Positions 56,804 to 64,000 of a stretch of 64,000 nucleotides of DNA are shown here, piece by piece. The stretch comes from Cytobacillus sp. GTDB lineage: Bacteria > Bacillota > Bacilli > Bacillales > Cytobacillaceae. A program made the position numbers and the translations under genes. Position 1 is the first letter of the stretch; each line of letters begins with the position of its first letter. Where the stretch lies: NCBI RefSeq assembly GCF_032154635.1, contig NZ_JALDXW010000008.1, positions 55,568 to 119,567 on the forward strand, given 5' to 3'. The notes below the pieces were generated by a model. The model saw only the letters and a program-made list of their open reading frames with translations. It was not told where the DNA came from and ran no database searches.

Positions 56804-57433
56804 ATGAGTGTTTTTATTGGATATGTATTTCTTGGCCTCTCACTCGCTGCACCAATTGGACCAGTAAATGCAGCACAATTGGATAAGGGGATTAAAAGCG
56901 GATTTCTTCATGCCTGGCTAGTGGGTCTTGGCGCTATGATAGCAGATATTATTTATATGCTAGCTGTTTTTCTTGGCATTGTTCACTTTCTAGAAATTCC
57001 TTTTATGAAATCCTTCTTATGGTCTTTTGGATTCTTTATTCTCGTTTATACAGGAATTGAAAGCTTAATCAGTGCTGGAAAAATCTCATCTAATTCAAGG
57101 AATATCGAAGAAGCAGCAATGAAATCTTTTTTCTCAGGATTTTTCATGTCCATTTCAAACCCGCTGACCATTCTGTTCTGGCTAGGAATCTACGGTTCTG
57201 TTCTTGCAGAAACAGCCGCTAAATACGATCAAACTCAGATTGCCATCTACAGTCTCGCTATCATTTTCGGATTATTGCTATGGGATATCATAATGGCAGG
57301 TGTCGCAAGCAGTTTCAGAAGATTTTTATCAATGAAGGTTCTAACTGCTATTTCCATTTTGTCTGGACTGTCCCTAATTGGATTTGGGCTTTACTTTGGA
57401 TACCAAGCTTTAATCCTATTGTTTTTCAGCTAA
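56804..57433 (+). CDS. LysE/RhtB family amino-acid exporter, paralogue 2
   Basis: FLGLSLAAPIGPVNAAQLDKGIKSG. Collinear with the 44994..45629 product. Confidence 0.85.
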   Translation: MSVFIGYVFLGLSLAAPIGPVNAAQLDKGIKSGFLHAWLVGLGAMIADIIYMLAVFLGIVHFLEIPFMKSFLWSFGFFILVYTGIESLISAGKISSNSRNIEEAAMKSFFSGFFMSISNPLTILFWLGIYGSVLAETAAKYDQTQIAIYSLAIIFGLLLWDIIMAGVASSFRRFLSMKVLTAISILSGLSLIGFGLYFGYQALILLFFS

Positions 57434-57472
57434 AGAAGCACTCCACTTTTTTGAAAGTGGAGTGCTTCTTTA
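57434..57472. terminator. Bidirectional terminator
   Basis: 16-bp stem AGAAGCACTCCACTTT/AAAGTGGAGTGCTTCT. Confidence 0.85.
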
Positions 57473-58816
57473 GCTTGCTTTCTTTCTCTTAATGAAATGC
57501 ATAATAATAAGGACAATTAATACAAGACCGACAAATAATATACTAACAAAAAATCCTGGTCTGCTTGACTTGTGTAATAATGTCCCACTTACTGCTGTTA
57601 AGATAAGTGCCATGCCGGCGAATCTTTTAAAGTGATCGAATCCAGCTGAATTAATTAGCCGTGGAAATGAAACAAGAATAAAGAACCAATTATATAAGAG
57701 CATTAATCCAGCGGCAGTCGTAATATACTCATAAATACTATCCGGCATAACAAGAGATAGAACAATCGATGTAATAAGCCCGACAATTGTTAAACCCAGA
57801 GCAAGAGGGGGGACCTTGAGCTTTCCTTTTTTTGAAAAGATTTTTGGGGCATCCCCATCCTCTGACAATGTGACAACCATGCTCGTTACAGCAAATAAAG
57901 ATGCTGCCATTGTTGAAAACCCAGCAATTATTATCCCGCCATTAAAAACATGTGGAAAAAAGGCTAAATGATATTTATCTAACGCAATGACAAATGGACT
58001 TTCTTTCGCATTAAATTGATCCACCGCTACTAGGCCTGTTGCTAATGCCAACGAAATTAAGTAGATAGTCACTAAGATTATTAACATAATCGTTCCAGAT
58101 TTCCGTGCATCCTTTTTATTTTTTAACCTTGGTGCCATTATGCCCATTATCTCTATTCCACCAAATGCATAAAACCCATAAATGAGTGAAGACCATAATC
58201 CCTTTATACCTTTTGGCAAAAATTCATTCATATCGTTTGGAATCGAAAAGTCTTTGCTGCTTCCGCCAAACAAGCCGAATAAAACGGCTATAGCCAGGAT
58301 AATAAACATAAAGATGGCAGCAACCTTAATTACAGCAAACACATTTTGAGCACGCTCAAAACCTTTCGTACCAATAACGACTACGATTATACCAAGAACG
58401 GCATAGCCTGAGGCAAATATCCATAAGGGAACATTTGAAAACCAAAATCGTGAAAGAATGGAAAGAGCTGTTAACTGACTTCCAGTGATTAGCATTTCCG
58501 AAAACCAATAGACCCACCCACTACTGAAACCAGCCCAGGGACCGTATGCTTTTTTTGCATAGGAGCGAAATGACCCCTCTTGAGGATCTTGCGCAGACAT
58601 TTTCCCTAACGCATCAGCAACAATATAAGTACCAATACCAGCAAGAATAAAGGAGATTAGAATGGAAGGACCAGTCATCTTAACTCCGATGCCTGATCCT
58701 AAAAAATAACCCGTTCCAATAATACAGCCCACCCCTATAAGGGAAAGCTGCCACCATGCTAATTTTTTATCTTTTTTGTTATCCTCTTGTCCGCTTGGCC
58801 GCACTGGTATCTCCAT
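57470..58816 (-). CDS. APC-family amino acid permease
   Basis: 12-TM pattern, WQLSLIGVGCIIGTGYFLGSG. ATG at 58816 follows GGGAGGG. Confidence 0.88.
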   Translation of the reverse strand: MEIPVRPSGQEDNKKDKKLAWWQLSLIGVGCIIGTGYFLGSGIGVKMTGPSILISFILAGIGTYIVADALGKMSAQDPQEGSFRSYAKKAYGPWAGFSSGWVYWFSEMLITGSQLTALSILSRFWFSNVPLWIFASGYAVLGIIVVVIGTKGFERAQNVFAVIKVAAIFMFIILAIAVLFGLFGGSSKDFSIPNDMNEFLPKGIKGLWSSLIYGFYAFGGIEIMGIMAPRLKNKKDARKSGTIMLIILVTIYLISLALATGLVAVDQFNAKESPFVIALDKYHLAFFPHVFNGGIIIAGFSTMAASLFAVTSMVVTLSEDGDAPKIFSKKGKLKVPPLALGLTIVGLITSIVLSLVMPDSIYEYITTAAGLMLLYNWFFILVSFPRLINSAGFDHFKRFAGMALILTAVSGTLLHKSSRPGFFVSILFVGLVLIVLIIMHFIKRKKAS

Positions 58817-58966
58817 CGTTTTCCCTCCCATTCAATCCAAATTATTATTGAACGAAGGGCATAAGTTTATGTACCTTATTGTTAAATCGTGCAGATATCT
58901 TTTTAACGTATAAAAAATAAGATCTAAATAAAAAATATAATGGATTATTAATGAGGAGTGATATAT

Positions 58967-59146
58967 GTGGATATAAAACGGGTCAAACAAATCTTATCTT
59001 CTTCTGCTGAAATTGAAGTAAAATATAATGGTGCATCTGTCTGGATTGACCAGTTAAATGAAGATGGAAAAACAGCCACCGTACATTTACGGGGACCGCT
59101 AGAGGAACGTTCAGAGGTTGATATTACTGAATTAAAAGAGGTGTAA
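58967..59146 (+). CDS. sspH: Small acid-soluble spore protein, H-type
   Basis: (M)DIKRVKQILSSSAEIEVKYNGASVWIDQL... is collinear with B. subtilis SspH as recalled. GTG lies 8 nt after GAGGAG. Confidence 0.7.
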   Translation: MDIKRVKQILSSSAEIEVKYNGASVWIDQLNEDGKTATVHLRGPLEERSEVDITELKEV

Positions 59147-59211
59147 AAGGTCATGTCACCCAATTACTAGATGGGTGACAGACCAATTTCATTTTCTAAC
59201 TACCTTGTATA

Positions 59212-59424
59212 TTAACTGTTCGCATAAATGCTATTATTATTAACAACTTGTAACTCTTTCGTTGTTTCCTTCATCTCACTTTTGCAAATAGGACATGTTG
59301 GTGTTTGGCTGCTCTTAAAATTATCTCTTATCCAGCAATTGCACTTCTCTGAAGTACATTCCCACACCTTGACTTCTTCCAATTTCACTTCTTCTGTGTT
59401 TTTTCTTCCAAAACCCATTGCCAT
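59212..59424 (-). CDS. ydjO: YdjO-like cold-inducible zinc-ribbon protein
   Basis: VWECTSEKCNCWIRDNFKSSQTPTCPICKSEM four-Cys pattern. ATG at 59424 lies 6 nt after AGGAGGTG. Confidence 0.7.
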   Translation of the reverse strand: MAMGFGRKNTEEVKLEEVKVWECTSEKCNCWIRDNFKSSQTPTCPICKSEMKETTKELQVVNNNSIYANS

Positions 59425-59929
59425 ATTAGGCACCTCCTAATTAGAAATGCGCAAGCGCTGTATTCATCCCTGACAAAACTAGTCAATCATATCGATAAGG
59501 TACTGTTTTTACCTTTTTTTGGATGATTGGCTTGTGACACTCGATGTCGACAAAATCGCGAAATCCTGTACGTCAGGCTAGGCGCTGTAGCTGGACAAAA
59601 CCTTGACTTTTTAATAAAAAATAAAAACACTTGTTAAATAAAGGGACATAAAAATATCAACTCTAAATAACAAGTGAATTATGGGCAACTTATTTTCAAT
59701 GTTCAGCTCATTAATTAGTATAACATAAATTCCCTACATCGTCAAAATCTTATAGCAGATACTTTATTATATTGAACAAATAGGACAAATATTCCTGATT
59801 ACTGCAATAAAATTTTAAATAATTAAAAGCTTTTTCTTATTAAAGGTATTACTATCCTATCCATAAGGGAAAGGTGTATAATGTTCTAGTTAAGTTTTCG
59901 TTTATGCTTTATAAGGAAGGGTGAAACCT

Positions 59930-60217
59930 ATGAAGATCACAGGCTATACTGTTGAACAATTGAATGATCCAACAGGCATTTTAATCGGAGAGCGCTTTGA
60001 ATTCTTTTTAGATATTGAAGTAGATGAAGAGGATGAATTATATTCAGTAAATGGAGTACAGCTTCGAGTGCTTTTTTATAAAAATGAAGATGATAGTCGA
60101 ATATTGAATTATCATTTCCTTGCTGATGAAAAAATCTTAGAATTTGCCCTTGATGAGGAAGAAGAACAAATCATCACAAAATTTTGCAATGATCACCTAA
60201 TAGATACAGAAGAATAA
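59930..60217 (+). CDS. Acidic 95-aa hypothetical protein
   Basis: ATG follows AAGGAAGGGTG. TGTATAAT extended -10 upstream. Terminator downstream. Confidence 0.6.
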   Translation: MKITGYTVEQLNDPTGILIGERFEFFLDIEVDEEDELYSVNGVQLRVLFYKNEDDSRILNYHFLADEKILEFALDEEEEQIITKFCNDHLIDTEE

Positions 60218-60247
60218 AAAGAGCAGGAATTTCCTGCTCTTTTTTTA
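60216..60247. terminator. Bidirectional terminator
   Basis: AGAGCAGGAA/TTCCTGCTCT stem flanked by A- and T-runs. Confidence 0.85.
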
Positions 60248-60264
60248 ATCTTGCACAAATCTTT

Positions 60265-60672
60265 TTAAACTTCGGTATTCTTTCCCTCTTCAGCAATATG
60301 GTACATTAGGTGTGCAAGATGATGAATCGGACTATACGCTTCCTCAGCATCTTCCTCTTCATCCTCATATTCCTCGTTAAACTCAAGATCATTTAAATGC
60401 AAGGCAGCAAATTGGTAGAAATCTTTCAATTCAAATGCATAGCATGCACTTGGATCTTCAAGTTCATCTTCATATTGAAGAACCATATAGGATTCGTTCC
60501 CATTTGCATCAACTGCATCAAAATAAATAAAAAATCCAATATTCGTATCTAACTCAAATAGATGTCTTGTTCCACCTTCAGTCAATCGATCAAAGTCCTC
60601 TTCACTCAACTTTTGCACCTTCATTGCATCCACTTGATCTTCCTTATGAAATTGAACGGTAAATTCTTTCAT
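60265..60672 (-). CDS. Acidic 135-aa hypothetical protein
   Basis: Clean ORF with GGGGGGCAACACC-ATG and an E/D-rich C-terminal half. Family not recognised. Confidence 0.6.
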   Translation of the reverse strand: MKEFTVQFHKEDQVDAMKVQKLSEEDFDRLTEGGTRHLFELDTNIGFFIYFDAVDANGNESYMVLQYEDELEDPSACYAFELKDFYQFAALHLNDLEFNEEYEDEEEDAEEAYSPIHHLAHLMYHIAEEGKNTEV

Positions 60673-60756
60673 GGTGTTGCCCCCCTTTTCTATTTTAATC
60701 TAACACAAATATTGAAGCATTCATATTATTACCCATCTTCCATTGGTGAATCCAAA

Positions 60757-60785
60757 TAAAAAGAGCCCAAAGTGGGCTCTTTTTA
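60757..60785. terminator. Terminator downstream of csp (60796..60996)
   Basis: AGAGCCCA/TGGGCTCT stem flanked by A- and T-runs. Confidence 0.8.
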
Positions 60786-60795
60786 ATGTTATGGT

Positions 60796-60996
60796 TTAAA
60801 CTTTCGTTACATTAACAGCTTGAGGGCCACGCTGGCCATCCTCTATGTCAAAATGAACTTCTTGGCCTTCATCTAGTGTTTTGAAGCCTTCTCCTTGAAT
60901 CGCAGAAAAGTGTACAAATACATCATCTCCACCTTCAACTTCAATAAATCCAAAGCCTTTTTCCGAATTAAACCATTTTACTTTACCTGTTGCCAT
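60796..60996 (-). CDS. Cold shock protein (CspA family)
   Basis: [30 protein letters not shown] contains the RNP1 and RNP2 motifs. Confidence 0.95.
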   Translation of the reverse strand: MATGKVKWFNSEKGFGFIEVEGGDDVFVHFSAIQGEGFKTLDEGQEVHFDIEDGQRGPQAVNVTKV

Positions 60997-61120
60997 TTTT
61001 CAAATCCTCCTAAATATTAACGCTAACAGAACATAATCCTTATCCTGCATCTACTAGTATGGCTATTTATTCGGATCTTATCCATTTAAATAGATGAAAA
61101 AGTTCATAGAAGCATAACTT

Positions 61121-62572
61121 TTATTTGCTTCTTGTTCTATTTCTGCTTCTGTCTCTTCGGTCCCTTCCACCGTTGCCCGCGTTTCTTCCTCGATCTCTGC
61201 CTCGGTCATTATAACGTTTTCTGTCACCGCCACGATCACCTCTAGGCTTCCTTACGCGAATCGGTTCAACAGCAGTTAATTTAACCGGAGTTACATCAGG
61301 ATCTTTCGTTAACAATTTTAAAGCAGCTGCTAGTAAGGAAACAGAGTCCGTATCGTCAAGCAATGATTCAGCAATTCTCTTATAATCTGCATGATCATTA
61401 TTTTCTATAACTGTCATTAAGCGATTAATTGTTGCCTGCTGATTACCAATTAGCACATCTTTAAATGATGGAACAGGCATTTTCGCCATCTTGCTTTTTG
61501 TTACATTTTCGATAATTTTCAAATGGTCAATTTCTCTTGGTGATACAAATGTAACGGCAAGCCCTTTTTTCCCCGCACGTCCAGTCCTTCCAATACGGTG
61601 AACATAACTTTCTGGATCTTGAGGAATATCAAAGTTATATACATGAGAAACGCCGCTAATATCAAGACCCCTAGCTGCTACATCCGTCGCGACCATAATA
61701 TCAATCGTTTGCTCTTTAAAGCGGCGGATGACTTGGTCACGTTTTGATTGCGGAATATCCCCATGAATTCCTTCCGCTGAGTATCCACGTTTGATTAGGC
61801 CTTCGACAACTTCATCAACACGTCTTTTTGTACGTCCAAATACAATTGCAAGCTCAGGGGATTGTATATCCAAGAGACTGCAAAGCACATCAAATTTTTG
61901 TTTCTCATGCACTTCCATATAATGTTGCTCAATATTTGTTACAGTCATTTCTTTTGCCTTGATTTTTACTAATTCAGGTTCTTGCATAAATTTTTCTGCA
62001 AGTGATTGAATTCTTTTTGGCATGGTTGCGGAGAAGAGCATTGTTTGGCGCTCCCCTTTAATTTCACCTAGAATTCTTTCAATATCCTCGATGAAACCCA
62101 TATTGAGCATTTCATCCGCTTCATCTAGAACAACCATTTTTAAATTCGCAAGTCGAATGGTTTTTCTTTCAATATGGTCAATTAATCTTCCAGGTGTTGC
62201 CGCGATAATTTGCGGTCTATTTTTTAAGCCACGAATTTGACGGTTAATATCCTGCCCACCATAAATCGGCAATGTCTTAATTCCTTTTACTTGGCCAATT
62301 CGATTTAATTCTTCCGCAACTTGAACGGCCAGTTCACGTGTTGGTGCAAGTACCAGCCCTTGAACGCCTTCCTCTTTACTAACTTGCTCTAATAACGGAA
62401 CACCAAATGCGGTTGTCTTCCCTGTTCCTGTTTGTGCCTGTCCAATCATATCTTTCCCTTGCAGACCGATAGGAATCGCTTGTGCCTGAATCGGTGTTGG
62501 CTCTTCAAATCCCATATTCGATAATGCTTTTTCTAATTCATTACTAAGACCAAAATCTGAAAAAGTTGTCAA
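61121..62572 (-). CDS. cshA: DEAD-box RNA helicase CshA
   Basis: Q motif, [28 protein letters not shown]-rich C-terminal tail. TTG start follows AAGGAGG. Confidence 0.92.
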   Translation of the reverse strand: MTTFSDFGLSNELEKALSNMGFEEPTPIQAQAIPIGLQGKDMIGQAQTGTGKTTAFGVPLLEQVSKEEGVQGLVLAPTRELAVQVAEELNRIGQVKGIKTLPIYGGQDINRQIRGLKNRPQIIAATPGRLIDHIERKTIRLANLKMVVLDEADEMLNMGFIEDIERILGEIKGERQTMLFSATMPKRIQSLAEKFMQEPELVKIKAKEMTVTNIEQHYMEVHEKQKFDVLCSLLDIQSPELAIVFGRTKRRVDEVVEGLIKRGYSAEGIHGDIPQSKRDQVIRRFKEQTIDIMVATDVAARGLDISGVSHVYNFDIPQDPESYVHRIGRTGRAGKKGLAVTFVSPREIDHLKIIENVTKSKMAKMPVPSFKDVLIGNQQATINRLMTVIENNDHADYKRIAESLLDDTDSVSLLAAALKLLTKDPDVTPVKLTAVEPIRVRKPRGDRGGDRKRYNDRGRDRGRNAGNGGRDRRDRSRNRTRSK

Positions 62573-62861
62573 AGTAGTAGTTCCTCCTTATATCTACCCT
62601 ATTTTAAGGTTTTCCTTATTTCAAAAAATCAATAGTTACGTTAATAGGTTTTCCAGTTTGCATCTTTTTTTACATACGCTTTATTTATTTTTCCATTTAA
62701 ACAACATTCATTAGAGCCTATTTTCCTAATCGCTCCCGAGGAAAAAGTGAAACTACAATTCCGAAAAAGCAAACAGTGATTGGATTCTCTTTTGAGGAAT
62801 AAATGAAGAATACAAAGTGGAGAACTCGAACAAATGTGTAAATGCCTTATTTTTTAAACGT

Positions 62862-62892
62862 AAAAAAGTGATGCATGACTGACATGCATCAC
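62862..62892 (-). terminator. Terminator downstream of csp (62909..63109)
   Basis: GTGATGCATG/CATGCATCAC stem followed by U6 on the minus strand. Confidence 0.8.
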
Positions 62893-62908
62893 CTCATTTT
62901 AAAAATGA

Positions 62909-63109
62909 TTATGCTTTTTCTACGTTAGCAGCTTGTGGTCCACGGTTACCTTCAACGATTTCGAAAGTTACAGCTTGACCTTCTTCTAAAGTTTTGAAGC
63001 CTTCAGATTGGATAGCTGAGAAATGTACGAATACATCTTGGCCTTCTGAAGATTCGATGAATCCGAAACCTTTTTCTGCATTAAACCATTTTACTTTACC
63101 TGTGTTCAT
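62909..63109 (-). CDS. Major cold shock protein (CspB/CspC-like)
   Basis: [54 protein letters not shown]. Confidence 0.95.
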   Translation of the reverse strand: MNTGKVKWFNAEKGFGFIESSEGQDVFVHFSAIQSEGFKTLEEGQAVTFEIVEGNRGPQAANVEKA

Positions 63110-63165
63110 GAGATTACCTCCAAAAATGTGTTCACTATAAGTCTTTATTATATAAACTTAAACAT

Positions 63166-63229
63166 AAAAAAGTCGCAGTACAATGAAATAGGGGAATAAA
63201 AATCGCCTACATTTCATTGCAGCTACGAC
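63166..63229 (-). promoter_or_regulatory. Terminator-like hairpin plus U-run inside the csp 5' leader
   Basis: Minus strand GTCGTAGCTGCAATGAAAT ... ATTTCATTGTACTGCGAC followed by UUUUUU, about 55 nt upstream of the ATG. Confidence 0.4.
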
Positions 63230-63271
63230 CACTTATCCATAAAATATATAACGAACTTTAGCGTTAACCTA

Positions 63272-63300
63272 ATCATAAGGGCATACCCCTTATTTGTCAA
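63272..63300 (-). promoter_or_regulatory. SigmaA-type promoter of csp (62909..63109)
   Basis: Minus strand TTGACA (63300..63295), 17 nt spacer, TATGAT (63277..63272). Implies a leader of about 155 nt. Confidence 0.6.
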
Positions 63301-63898
63301 ATCTTTTTTATTTCATGACATCAAGTCAATCTATTCGATATATTCGAGATTTCATTTTCTTGTCCAGCGTAAACGTCAAAATAATGTTCCGTAGACATTT
63401 CGCCATTTTCTAAACCTAAAACAATGAAAGCCCTTCCTCTCTTCCATCCTTACGGCTCCTAGGCCGTGCCAGCGGGAATCAGGTATAACAAAAATACAAG
63501 GGAATTGTTCACTCTTTCGAGATTTTCAAGTTATGTGTAAAACTGAAGTGTAAAAAGCGAGGACCTCTATTTTTTTCAGAGGATTATTTAAGAAGAAATT
63601 CAACAAGTTCTGTTGTCCACAAAATTATTCTTAATTCCTAACCTATAGCCAACTTAAATCTAAAAGAGCCTAATTATACTTATCGATAAAAAACAAAAAG
63701 TCGTACGATCTACAAAATGAACGGCTAACACATTGACATTTTGTTAAGTTCACGACTTAGCTTTTACATCTCAAATACATCATCAATAACTTTAACAAAG
63801 ATGCTTATTTTTGTCAACCTTTTACAATTATTACTGTTTTTTTACACACGCTTTCTCCCCTTTTCCTTGTGTTAATATAAGAAGTAAGGGGGAGAATT

Positions 63899-64000
63899 AT
63901 GTGTATTCATTTTCGCAATTTCCTTATCATTTTCCTGGCATTTATTATATTAGTAGGATGTACAACAGAAACCATATCCATTAATGAAAACAATATGCAA
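63899..64000 (+). CDS. Lipoprotein, first 34 codons (runs off the right window edge)
   Basis: ATG follows AAGGGGGAG. The signal peptide ends in lipobox LVGC. Confidence 0.6.
   Translation, partial: MCIHFRNFLIIFLAFIILVGCTTETISINENNMQ

Noticed and set aside
59455-59601. Minus-strand GTTTTGTC...ACAGCGC repeats reminiscent of CRISPR repeat starts
   Set aside because: There are only two imperfect copies, with unequal internal spacing, no regular spacers and no cas genes.

Overview
Low-GC Bacillaceae-type chromosomal segment, densely coding on both strands, with about 70 protein genes. I saw no rRNA or tRNA genes, CRISPR arrays, transposases, integrases, phage genes or recognisable defence genes.

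Gene content, left to right:
- trpE-trpG-trpD-trpC' operon (minus strand, runs off the left edge), driven by a sigmaA-type promoter and two tandem tRNA-Trp T-box leaders.
- A mixed set: MOSC protein, MFS transporter, DUF2935-like protein, polysaccharide deacetylase, TmrB-like ATPase, NUDIX hydrolase, MBL hydrolase.
- Spore and UV repair genes splA-splB and uvsE.
- Two methyl-accepting chemotaxis proteins.
- A cobalamin riboswitch in front of a class I ribonucleotide reductase operon (alpha, beta, flavodoxin).
- A GT-C-like / GtrB / GtrA glycosylation cassette.
- CotF-like and DUF3231 spore-coat-type genes.
- narK and fnr, divergent around a perfect FNR box.
- Glutamate synthase large and small subunits.
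- An orphan OppA-type binding protein and two LysE paralogues.
- A cold-shock neighbourhood: ydjO, csp, cshA, csp.

Most worth follow-up:
1. The B12 riboswitch gating an RNR operon in which a canonical short-chain flavodoxin, not NrdI, is translationally coupled to the beta subunit.
2. A DUF1450-like CxxC protein coupled to a 410-aa membrane protein built from three ~135-aa repeats. Each repeat carries H-[LF]-x3-G-[WF], and a free-standing single-module relative lies 34 kb away.
3. A three-gene extracytoplasmic glycosylation cassette whose large membrane component I cannot place in a known family.
4. An orphan promoter / 17-bp perfect hairpin / terminator unit, a candidate small RNA.
5. Gene-decay scars: an internally deleted SLC13-type permease, a histidine-kinase C-terminal remnant, and a frameshifted yciI paralogue.

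I do not see convincing evidence for a wholly new multi-gene system. All family assignments come from motif recognition by eye, not from searches.
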